DNA of 64,000 bases, from positions 6,920 to 70,919 of the forward strand of contig CADBKG010000005.1 in the NCBI GenBank assembly GCA_902795215.1. The letters are read 5' to 3'. This DNA is from an uncultured Erysipelotrichaceae bacterium (GTDB lineage: Bacteria > Bacillota_I > Bacilli_A > RF39 > UBA660). The translations under genes were made by a program, and so were the position numbers. A model generated the notes under the pieces. The model saw only the letters and a program-made list of their open reading frames with translations. It was not told the origin of the DNA and did no database searches. Below are positions 37,221-46,600 of the stretch, one piece after another; the stretch's first letter is position 1; every line of letters begins with the position of its first letter.

Positions 37221-37511
37221 ATGAAAAAAAGAAGAGTAAAAGGAATATTACCAGTTGAGAGAAGATTAATAGCATTTATTGTGTTACTAGCAGTGTTTGT
37301 GCCAGTATCAATCGTATTTTCTCAAGCAACTTTATCTAAAAGTAATATAGAGGTTGAAAAACTTAAAAGCAAAGTAACAAAACAAGGAGAAGAAAACCAA
37401 AGTTTATCAATGCAAGTAGATGAACTCGCAAGTCTTTCAAATATTCAAGATGTTGCAAAAGAATATGGTTTAAGTTATAATAATGATAATATTATCGTAA
37501 TTGATAACTAG
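37221..37511 (+). CDS. ftsL: FtsL-like cell division protein
   Basis: Position after rsmH; basic N-terminus, one TM helix, then a coiled-coil segment. ATG 37221 preferred over GTG 37212. Confidence 0.6.
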   Translation: MKKRRVKGILPVERRLIAFIVLLAVFVPVSIVFSQATLSKSNIEVEKLKSKVTKQGEENQSLSMQVDELASLSNIQDVAKEYGLSYNNDNIIVIDN

Positions 37512-37526
37512 TAACTAGGAGGAAAC

Positions 37527-39704
37527 ATGAAACAAAGGAACAATACAATTCGTATAAACTATATAGGAATAATAGGTATTGTTCTTTTATTTGGTGTAAT
37601 AATAGTTAGATTAATACTTGTTAGTGCACTTAATAAAGTGGATGGAACAGATATTAAGAAGTTCGCTGAAAATAGAAATACAACTACTAAAACTTTAACA
37701 GCATCCAGAGGTTCTATATATAGTGTTAATAATGAAGTGCTTGCACAAGACGTTAATTCTTATACAGTTATTGCTTATCTATCTCCATCAAGAACAACTA
37801 ATAAAAAGTATCCAAAGCATGTTGTAGATAAAGAATATACAGCAAATGCTCTTAGTGAGTATTTAGGAATGACACCTGAAGCAATACTTGGCCTTTTAAA
37901 TTACAATACATATCAAGTTGAACTTGGGCCTGGTGGAAGAAATATAAGTGAAACAAAGAAACAAAAAATTGCTGCCCTTGATTTACCAGGGATTGATTTT
38001 GAATCAAGTTCTAAAAGATATTATCCTTTTGGTGATTTTGCATCTTATATAATTGGTTATGCAAAAAAAGATGATAAGGGTAATCTCGTTGGAGAACTTG
38101 GTGTTGAAGCATATTATAATGATGAATTAACTGGTAAAAATGGTTATACTACATATCAGCAAGATGCATATGGTTATCAAATTCCAGATACTCCTGTTAT
38201 AACAAGTAAAGCTAAAAAGGGAGAAGATATTTATTTAACAATAGATTCAAATGTCCAGATGTATTTAGAGAATGCATTAAATGAAATGGGAAATAAATCT
38301 AAATTCGAGTGGGCAACTGTTACAGTTGCAGATGCAAAAACTGGGGCGATTCTTGGAAGTGCATCTACACCTAGTTATGATCCTAATAAATTAAATATTA
38401 CTGATTATAATAATCCACTTGTTAGTTATTCATATGAACCTGGTTCAACAATGAAAATATTTAGTTTTATGGCTGCAATTGAAGAAGGATTATATCATGG
38501 TGATGAAATATATTATTCTGGAGTTATGAATATTGGTGATGATAGAGTAACAGACTGGAATAAATATGGTTGGGGAAATATATCATATGATGTAGGATTT
38601 ACATACTCATCAAATGTTGCCGCAGCAAAACTTGGACTTGCAGTTGGAAAAGAAAAATTAGTTAAATATTATGAAGATTTTGGCTTTGGCTCTAAAACAG
38701 GAATAGAAATGGCAAATGAATATTCAGGTGAAATAGATCCTATATATAAAATCGAAGTCGCAAATGCTTCATTTGGTCAAGGTATTACTACAACACCTAT
38801 TCAAAATATAGAAGCATTAACGAGTCTTGCAAATGAAGGTACAATTTTAAAACCATATATTGTTAGCAAGATAGTAAATCAAGATACTGGTAAAACAGTA
38901 TATGAAGGTAAAAGACAAGAATTAAGAAAAGTTGTTAGTAAAGAAACAGTTGATACTATGCTTAAACTTATGTATCTAACTGTAAATTCTGATGATAAAG
39001 CTACAACTGGACAGATGTATAAAACGTCATCTACTACGCTGGTTGGTAAAACCGGAACGGCTCAAATAGCTTCTGCAAGTGGTGGATATATTTTAGATGG
39101 TACAAGTAACATTAGATCATTCTCGGGATTATTCCCTTATGAAAATCCAAAGTTTATAATATATATATCAGTTAAAAGACTTGTTGGATCTACAAACGCA
39201 CTTGGTGATGCAGTTAAATCAATAGTAGAGAGCATCTCTAAATATAAGAATTTAAGTGAGCTAGTTGTCAAAGAAGATACTACTCAAATAATTAAAGTTA
39301 ATAATTATATTAATAAAACTACTGATTTAAGTGCGCAAGAATTAAAAAATTTAGGTCTTAACGTTGTCACTATTGGAGTAGGAGATAGAATAATTGACCA
39401 GTATCCCGAGAAGGGTAATAAAATTACTAAAGGAAGTAAAATATATATTTTAACTAACAGCGAAAAGATATATATGCCAAGTATGCTTGGATGGACTTCA
39501 AGTGATGCTAAAAACTTCTGTAATTTAACTAAACTTAAATGCAAGATAGAAGGATATGGAACAGTTAGTACTCAATCAATAAAAGCAGGGGAGGAAATCA
39601 ACCCTGAAGCTGAAATTAATATAACACTTGAAAGAAAAAAAGGGGATACAAATAAGGAGGAAAAAATAGATGACAAAAAAGAAAACGAAAACAAACAAAC
39701 TTAA
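37527..39704 (+). CDS. class B penicillin-binding protein (PBP2B/SpoVD-type) with two PASTA-like domains
   Basis: N-terminal TM; transpeptidase motifs GSTMK, SSN and KTGTA; two C-terminal PASTA-like repeats; GGAGG RBS. Confidence 0.85.
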   Translation: MKQRNNTIRINYIGIIGIVLLFGVIIVRLILVSALNKVDGTDIKKFAENRNTTTKTLTASRGSIYSVNNEVLAQDVNSYTVIAYLSPSRTTNKKYPKHVVDKEYTANALSEYLGMTPEAILGLLNYNTYQVELGPGGRNISETKKQKIAALDLPGIDFESSSKRYYPFGDFASYIIGYAKKDDKGNLVGELGVEAYYNDELTGKNGYTTYQQDAYGYQIPDTPVITSKAKKGEDIYLTIDSNVQMYLENALNEMGNKSKFEWATVTVADAKTGAILGSASTPSYDPNKLNITDYNNPLVSYSYEPGSTMKIFSFMAAIEEGLYHGDEIYYSGVMNIGDDRVTDWNKYGWGNISYDVGFTYSSNVAAAKLGLAVGKEKLVKYYEDFGFGSKTGIEMANEYSGEIDPIYKIEVANASFGQGITTTPIQNIEALTSLANEGTILKPYIVSKIVNQDTGKTVYEGKRQELRKVVSKETVDTMLKLMYLTVNSDDKATTGQMYKTSSTTLVGKTGTAQIASASGGYILDGTSNIRSFSGLFPYENPKFIIYISVKRLVGSTNALGDAVKSIVESISKYKNLSELVVKEDTTQIIKVNNYINKTTDLSAQELKNLGLNVVTIGVGDRIIDQYPEKGNKITKGSKIYILTNSEKIYMPSMLGWTSSDAKNFCNLTKLKCKIEGYGTVSTQSIKAGEEINPEAEINITLERKKGDTNKEEKIDDKKENENKQT

Positions 39705-40197
39705 AAATTTTTTCAATAGTCCCCATGTGTTGTTTACAGTGATGACATTATTTATCATTGCCCTTATGTTTTATGCACACTATATAGCTTCGTCACATAA
39801 AATATATATATTTGAAGGAGAAAAAGACAATATTACTGTCATAAATGGATTTATTGATTTAAATATGGATGTAGACTACTTTAATGGAGGAAAACTCACA
39901 TTTAATGGTGAAGATGTTAATTTAAAAGCATATACGATGGGATATTATATATGTAATAAAAAAGATACTGAAATATTATCAGAATCAAATTCTGACGCCA
40001 ATGGAAAGATAAGTATGAAAAATACTCTTAATAATGCTATGCTTACTTTTTCAGAGCCTCATACCAAAAGACATATTTTAACTAAAAAGAATATGGATAT
40101 GATAGATAATTTGTGTTTTAAGTTTAGTGGAACAACGGATAAGGACAAAAAAATAAATATTACTGTAAAACTTATTCCTTCACTATTAAGTGAGTAA
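39670..40197 (+). CDS. hypothetical membrane-anchored protein
   Basis: AAGGAGG RBS; basic N-terminus plus one TM helix; overlaps the PBP 3' end by 35 nt. Confidence 0.5.
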   Translation: MTKKKTKTNKLKNFFNSPHVLFTVMTLFIIALMFYAHYIASSHKIYIFEGEKDNITVINGFIDLNMDVDYFNGGKLTFNGEDVNLKAYTMGYYICNKKDTEILSESNSDANGKISMKNTLNNAMLTFSEPHTKRHILTKKNMDMIDNLCFKFSGTTDKDKKINITVKLIPSLLSE

Positions 40198-40232
40198 TTT
40201 TACAAAAAAAGAGAAAAATGGTAAAAAAATGC

Positions 40233-40260
40233 TTGAAAAATGCTTATTTTATGTTATAAT
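40233..40260 (+). promoter_or_regulatory. sigma-A promoter of the tRNA Lys-Ile-Glu operon
   Basis: TTGAAA (40233-40238), 16 nt, TGtTATAAT extended -10 (TATAAT 40255-40260). Confidence 0.55.
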
Positions 40261-40280
40261 TGAATAGCAATTCGAGTTTT

Positions 40281-40356
40281 GTCTCCTTAGCTCAGCTGGT
40301 AGAGCAACTGACTCTTAATCAGTGGGTCCAGGGTTCGAGTCCCTGAGGGGACACCA
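40281..40356 (+). tRNA. tRNA-Lys (CTT)
   Basis: Acceptor GTCTCCT/AGGGGAC, anticodon stem ACTGA/TCAGT with loop CTCTTAA, T-arm CAGGGTTCGAGTCCCTG, encoded CCA. Confidence 0.9.
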
Positions 40357-40367
40357 TTTTATTTTCT

Positions 40368-40444
<77 letters not shown>

Positions 40445-40451
40445 TTTAAAT

Positions 40452-40527
40452 GGCCCGTTGGTGAAGCGGTTAACACATATGCCTTTCACGCATACATTCA
40501 TGGGTTCAAATCCCGTACGGGTCACCA
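40452..40527 (+). tRNA. tRNA-Glu (TTC)
   Basis: GGCCCGTTGGTGAAGCGGTTAACAC..., anticodon loop CTTTCAC, T-loop GGTTCAAATCC, encoded CCA. Confidence 0.9.
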
Positions 40528-40540
40528 AATTGTACGCAAG

Positions 40541-40568
40541 GAAACCCTTATTATAAGGGCTTCTTTTT
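40541..40568 (+). terminator. rho-independent terminator of the tRNA operon
   Basis: GAAACCCTTAT-t-ATAAGGGCTTC then TTTTT. Confidence 0.6.
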
Positions 40569-40635
40569 AATTTAATACATTGATTTATACAACCGTTATA
40601 CTCCGAGATAGGAAATCGAATGTATTATTATAGAA

Positions 40636-40709
40636 GCCGATTTAGTATAGTGGCATTACACGAGCATGGTAAGCTTGAGAGGAAAGTTCAATTCTTTCAA
40701 TCGGCACCA
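40636..40709 (+). tRNA. tRNA-Thr (GGT), stand-alone
   Basis: Acceptor GCCGATT/AATCGGC, anticodon stem CGAGC/GCTTG with loop ATGGTAA, T-arm GAAAGTTCAATTCTTTC, encoded CCA; D-stem slightly irregular. Confidence 0.8.
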
Positions 40710-40797
40710 TTTTAAAAATTCAATCAAATGATTGATTTTTTTCTTGATTATTAATTTATATCATTATATAATTATGCTTGTGGTTAGGGTGGAAATT

Positions 40798-41274
40798 ATG
40801 GTAGTAAAAACATGTCGAGACAATATTTTAGAGAGCAAAACAAAACAAATAGCATTTGCGGTAACAAAAGAAGGCATTAATCAATTTGGATTTGCAAATT
40901 TTATTGCAGAAGAATATTGGCCTGAATTATCTAGAATTGGTGAACATAAGCTTGGAACGGTTATATCTCATGAATCTGATGGAATTATATTTCATGGACT
41001 TGTGTGTTATTCAATTGAAAACGGATTTCCAGATAATCAAGAGGAGATTATAAGAAAGTGTTTTGATAGTATTCCATCAAATGGACAAGTTGTATCGGCA
41101 GTTCCGATTGGCACGCAGTTCGCAGAAATCCACGCAGGAGCTAGATATAAAGAAATATTTACTGGAATACACAAATCAAAACAAAAAACACAAATTTATA
41201 CAGGAATGTCAGTTAATCAAATAATGAATTTCGATAGTTATGATAATAAAAAGAAGTACAAAAAAGTTAGCTAA
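40798..41274 (+). CDS. hypothetical protein, possibly macro-domain-like
   Basis: ATG 40798 after GGGTGGA. QIAFAVTKEGINQFGFANFIAEEYWPEL ... GIIFHGLV loosely follows the macro-domain pattern (AIVNAAN..G.GG.A.AI...PEL ... IIH.V). Weak. Confidence 0.4.
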   Translation: MVVKTCRDNILESKTKQIAFAVTKEGINQFGFANFIAEEYWPELSRIGEHKLGTVISHESDGIIFHGLVCYSIENGFPDNQEEIIRKCFDSIPSNGQVVSAVPIGTQFAEIHAGARYKEIFTGIHKSKQKTQIYTGMSVNQIMNFDSYDNKKKYKKVS

Positions 41275-41408
41275 GACTAGCTTTTTTTAAATTACAAAAT
41301 TTTGTTAAAAACTTTGAGGATATTGATATAAATAAATACATTTGTTAAAATGATATTGGGTAGGCTGTGTTTATAAAATTTGAGGTGAAACACAGAAAGG
41401 AAAAACAA

Positions 41409-42266
41409 ATGAATAATGAAAAAATGTATTTAATTAATAAACTATTTAAAAATGAAACAATAAGAACTGTTTGGGATAAAGAAAAAGAAAAGTATTTTAT
41501 AAGTGTTGTGGATATGGTTGGTGTTTTATCAGAAAGTAATAATCCAAGAAATTATTGGAAAGTTTTAAAGCATAGATTAAAACAGGAGGGAAATGAGTCG
41601 GTTACAAATTGTAACCAACTGAAATTAAAAGCCTCCGACGGCAAATATTATAATACTGATGTTGTAGATATTGAGGGAATGTTTAGAATTATTGAATCGA
41701 TTCCAAGTAAAAATGCGGAGCCTATCAAAAAGTGGTTAGCAAGGCTTGGTAAAGAAAGAATAGATGAAACATTTGATCCTTCTATAGCAATGCAAAGATC
41801 TATAGATTTATATCGCGCTAAGGGTTATGATGAAAAATGGATTGCTAAAAGAATAAAGGGTATTCAAGATAGAAAAGAATTAACGGATGTTTGGAAAGAT
41901 GGTGGAATAACAAAAGAAAGCGAATATGCAATTCTAACGAATGAAATATATAAAGAATGGTCTGGTATGAAAGCAAGTGAATATAAAGCCTTCAAAGGTT
42001 TAAGAAAAGAATCACTTCGTGATAATATGAGTGACATCGAAATAGCCCTTGCTGATTTAGGAGAAATAGCAACAAAAAAACTAGCTCAAAAACATAAACC
42101 TAATGGGCTTGATGAAAATAAAGAGATTGCTAAAATGGGTGGAAACACTGCTAAAGTAGCAAAAGATGACTTAGAAAAAAAGCTTGGTGAAAAAATTATC
42201 ACTCAAGAAAATAAATTAAATTATAAATATATTGAAGAAGGAAAAATATTAGAAATGGAGAAGTAA
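41409..42266 (+). CDS. Bro-N domain / DinD-like (DNA-damage-inducible protein D family) protein
   Basis: N-terminal IRTVWDKEKEKYFISVVDMVGVL...NPRNYWKVLKHRLK (Bro-N-like); C-terminal KGLRKESLRDNMSDIEIALADLGE...GGNTAKVAKDDLE resembles the DinD C-terminus. Confidence 0.6.
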   Translation: MNNEKMYLINKLFKNETIRTVWDKEKEKYFISVVDMVGVLSESNNPRNYWKVLKHRLKQEGNESVTNCNQLKLKASDGKYYNTDVVDIEGMFRIIESIPSKNAEPIKKWLARLGKERIDETFDPSIAMQRSIDLYRAKGYDEKWIAKRIKGIQDRKELTDVWKDGGITKESEYAILTNEIYKEWSGMKASEYKAFKGLRKESLRDNMSDIEIALADLGEIATKKLAQKHKPNGLDENKEIAKMGGNTAKVAKDDLEKKLGEKIITQENKLNYKYIEEGKILEMEK

Positions 42267-42757
42267 TGATAAACGATAGATGTAATGTAATAATAGATAA
42301 ATTTAATGAGAACATGGAAGCTTTAGGTTTAGATGAGATATTTAAAGATGATTTTTTAGAATATGTTCAAGCCCAAACTGATAAGTATTTAGAATACGGT
42401 AGTGATTTATATGAATATGATAATTATATTAAAGATAAAGTTATTAAATACTTAAGTGATTTATATGATAACCAAAAAACTTACTTTTATCCAACAATAG
42501 ATGATGAAATAAATGAATTGCTTGCTTCAATGAATGATCAAGAAAGAAAAATATATATACTTACTAATCATGTAATACCATTTAATATAAGTTATCAATA
42601 TGATAAAAATTTGCTTATTAAAGATTTTAATATAAGCGAAGATAATTATGATAATGTAATTAATAACATGATAGATAAAGTAACATACTACTGGGATAAA
42701 CATAAAATGTTTGGAAAAATAAATTTAAGTAATTTAAATACGGGCGCTAAAAAATAG
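42266..42757 (+). CDS. hypothetical acidic protein
   Basis: Translationally coupled (TAATG) to the Bro-N gene; D/E/Y/N-rich; no family recognised. Confidence 0.45.
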   Translation: MINDRCNVIIDKFNENMEALGLDEIFKDDFLEYVQAQTDKYLEYGSDLYEYDNYIKDKVIKYLSDLYDNQKTYFYPTIDDEINELLASMNDQERKIYILTNHVIPFNISYQYDKNLLIKDFNISEDNYDNVINNMIDKVTYYWDKHKMFGKINLSNLNTGAKK

Positions 42758-42788
42758 TGCTTTTTTTTTGCAAAAAATTAATTTTTGA

Positions 42789-42817
42789 TTGACAAAACTT
42801 TCAATTTTTACTACTAT
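42789..42817 (+). promoter_or_regulatory. sigma-A promoter of the sortase-adhesin operon
   Basis: TTGACA (42789-42794), 17 nt, TACTAT (42812-42817). Confidence 0.5.
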
Positions 42818-42904
42818 AGAAAACAAAACAAGGAAAGTTTTGCTTTTATGTGAATAAAACTTTTAAAGGCTTTCCATAATTCATATGATTGGGGGCGATG
42901 GTAT

Positions 42905-43606
42905 TTGAGAAGGAAAAGTACTATCTCGGTAATATTTTTGATTTTACTTTTTATGACCTTTAAATTTTCATTAAATGAAAGATTTATTGAAAATGTCGTC
43001 GCTGATAATATTATTATATATAAAGATGATAAACAAGATGCTAGAGAAACTATTGAGCATTTAAGAAACTTTTATGATAACGATGATATAGTTGGAATAC
43101 TAGAAATTCCATCTTCAAATTATGAAGCAGTTATTACCCAATCAGATGATAACTCGTACTACTTAAATAAAAACTTATTTAAAACTTATGATGTAAATGG
43201 AACACCGTTCTTAGATTATAGAGTAAATGATGATTCAAAGAAACTTTTAATCTATGGTCATAATTCAAGATATACGGATATGCCATTTAAAATACTTGAA
43301 AACTATTATGATGAAGATTTTTATAACGAAAACAAAATAATTAAATATACAACAGAAAAAGAAACAAAAACATTCAAAGTATTCGCAGTATACACTGAAA
43401 CAAGTGACTGGGGATATATGAAAACTGATTTTGCAAATGACTTGGACTTTAAGTCCCATATAAAAAAGCTTGCATCAAATTCAATTTATGATGATGAAGC
43501 TATAGATTCTGATCAAATACTCATACTGCAGACATGTAGTACAAAAAAAGAGTATTTAAAATATAAAAAGAAATTTTTACTTATCATTGCAGGGAGGGTT
43601 AATTAA
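42905..43606 (+). CDS. srtB: class B sortase
   Basis: TTG start after GGGGGCG; N-terminal TM; LLIYGHNSRYTDMPFKILENYYDEDFY and ILILQTCS (catalytic Cys) typical of SrtB. Confidence 0.8.
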   Translation: MRRKSTISVIFLILLFMTFKFSLNERFIENVVADNIIIYKDDKQDARETIEHLRNFYDNDDIVGILEIPSSNYEAVITQSDDNSYYLNKNLFKTYDVNGTPFLDYRVNDDSKKLLIYGHNSRYTDMPFKILENYYDEDFYNENKIIKYTTEKETKTFKVFAVYTETSDWGYMKTDFANDLDFKSHIKKLASNSIYDDEAIDSDQILILQTCSTKKEYLKYKKKFLLIIAGRVN

Positions 43607-46600
43607 TGAAAGAAAAAATATCTAGATTTAGTAAATTATTGTTCACAATATTTTACGCAATTTATTTCATTGTTTCACCAGCTGTTGGGGTAATTGCTGC
43701 AGAACCTCAAAAGGGTGAAGTAAGAAATGGAAATGAAACAGCATCTAAAGGTGATGTTTCTGTCAACAAAAAAGTAGAACCAGTCGCTGGTCAGGAAGGG
43801 TACTATGATATTACATTTACTGTTAAAGGTAAAAAATATACTGACTCAACTACAGTGCCAACTTACACAGTATTTGTAGTTGATGCTTCTAATAGTATGG
43901 ATGGTACTCCTTGGAGAAACGCTAAAAATGCAGCAATTGCAGCTAGTAAAACAATAATTGATGCTTCAAGCGAGAGTAAAGTAGCGCTTGTTACATTTGG
44001 ACTTGATGCAAGCATTGAAAAAGGGTTCTCACATAGTTATTTAACTAATTCAGATTTTGGTAACCTAAAAGGTCTTACTAATTATGATGCTGGATTAATG
44101 AGAGCATTAGAACTACTTAACAGTGTAACTGAAGAAAACGCTGTAAAAAATGTAGTGTTCATTTCTGATGGAGAACCAAGAGTAGGACTTGGAAATATCG
44201 CAAGCGCACCAAATAGTTTTGATATTACGACTTGGAATGGGCCATTCTCACAAAAAACAACAACATATTATACTCAATCTGAAATTTCACCATATAAATT
44301 TGTTAGTGATGCATATTCTTATTTAGATTCTTCATCACAAACAACTTATCTTATGGGACATAAACGTAATGTTAATAATACTGCAGAACCATATAAATCT
44401 TATAACTATACAAGAAATAATACTCTTTCAAAAGTTAAAGGAAAATTAACTGGAGAAAATGAAAATATTTATTCAGTATCTTATAATATTAGCGATAGAA
44501 CATATCAAGAAAATTTAAGAACTATTTCAACAAATGGAAACTATTATAATACTGATAGTGATGGAATTGGACAAATTCTTGCAGATGTTGCAACAAAGAT
44601 TTCTACTACTTATGCAGGTGAAGATGCAACTTTAACTGATAATATGGGAGCAGACTTTGACGTTCAAACATCTAGTGGCTTTGATGTTGTTGGTGATGAT
44701 GCATTATCAGTTCATATCGATAAATTAGATGATGAAACAAGAACATTTACAATAAGAGTTAAAATAGATCCTTATGCATCTACTGGATGGCATAAAACAA
44801 ATGATGGATTTACATTAACTTATACTGATGAAAATGGTAATGAGCAAACTATAACACCTGAAAATGACCCAGAAGTATATTGGGTAGCAGCTAAAGGTAA
44901 AGTAACAGCTAATTACTATATAGATGGAACAACTACAAAACTTGCAGATTCAGTTGTTCAAATAAATGATGTATCAACTAATGGAGTAAGAAATACTTAT
45001 GAAACTAGTTCAAAAGATATTTATGGTTATACTTTAAAATCAGTTGATGGTGAAGAAACAGGATATTATACAATTGAAGATCAAGAAGTAAACTATTATT
45101 ATACTAAAAATGATATTACTGTTATTGATGATGAAACCAGTATAGAAAAAACTGGTGACGCAACTGAAACTCATAAAAAAGTAACTGATGCATTTAATTA
45201 TCAAATCAATTACGAAACAAAAACTGATGATTATATTGGAGATGCGACTGTAACTATTACAGATACACTTCCATATGAAGTTGATTTATCTAAGACAAAC
45301 GACTTTGCAGGTGGAACATATAATCAAGAAAATAAAACTATTACTTGGACAGTTACTAAAAACGTTTCTGAACCAACTACAGAAAATCCAGATGCAAATA
45401 AAATAAAATTTAATAAAAATATTACAGTTTACTATAAAAATATAACTGACTATAACGTTGTAAATAACGTTAAAGCACAAATTGCTAATAACACAAAGGA
45501 AGATAGTCATTCAAATATAGTTGATGGAACACATGTATATGTTAAATACATTGATAAGTCAACTGGGGCTGCATTAATACCTCAAAAAGATCTTGGAGAA
45601 AAATTACCGGGCACAAGTTACAGTACAACACCAGAAACTATATATGGTTATACTGTGGTTAGTGAAACACCTGAAAATTATGAAGGTACTTATGCAAATG
45701 ATGATATAACTGTAGTATATGAATATAATAAAAATCAAGGTGATGTTAAAAATCAAAATATTAGTAAAACAGCACCTGCTAAACTAGATTCGGTTAATAA
45801 TTATATTGAATATACAATTAATTATTCAGCAACTGTAGACGAGTTTGTAGGAACAGCTACTACTATACTTAAAGATACACCTATTTATAAAGTAGATACA
45901 TCAAAAGCTAATGACTTTGGTGATGGTGTATATGATGAAGAAACAAATACTATTACATGGACATTAACAAATGAAAATCCATTATCAGAAGAAAATAAAG
46001 CAGTTTCTTATAATAGAACTATTAAAGTTTATTACATCTTAGATGATTCATTTGATGGAACTATTGTTAATAATGTAAATGGTAAAACTCAAAACAGTGA
46101 AACTGTTGAAGCTTCAGCACCTACTACAATTGATAAAGGTAAAGTTATTACTAAATTTGTAGAAGAAGGCACTACAACTGAAATTGCACAAAGAGTTGAA
46201 GAAGAAGACTACTATGGTAGAACTACTGATACAAATGCTATAGATATTTATGGATATACATTAGTTACAGATCCAAGTGCAACAAAAGAAACATTTGGTG
46301 AAGAGGAAGTAGTTGTAATCTATGAATACTCAAAGAATCCTATAGAAGTAGATGATGATCAAACTAGTTTAGAAAAAACTGGTGATGACTCATCTGTTAA
46401 GAAAAATGTTGATGATGCATTTAATTATGAAATTAACTATGAAACAGTAGTTGTAAATTCACTTGGAGAAGCTACTGTAACTATTACAGATACACTTCCA
46501 TATGAAGTAGATGCATCTAAATCTGATTTTGGTGATGGCGAATATGATCCAAGTACTAACACAATTACTTGGGAAGTAACTAAAAACATTACTAAAACAG

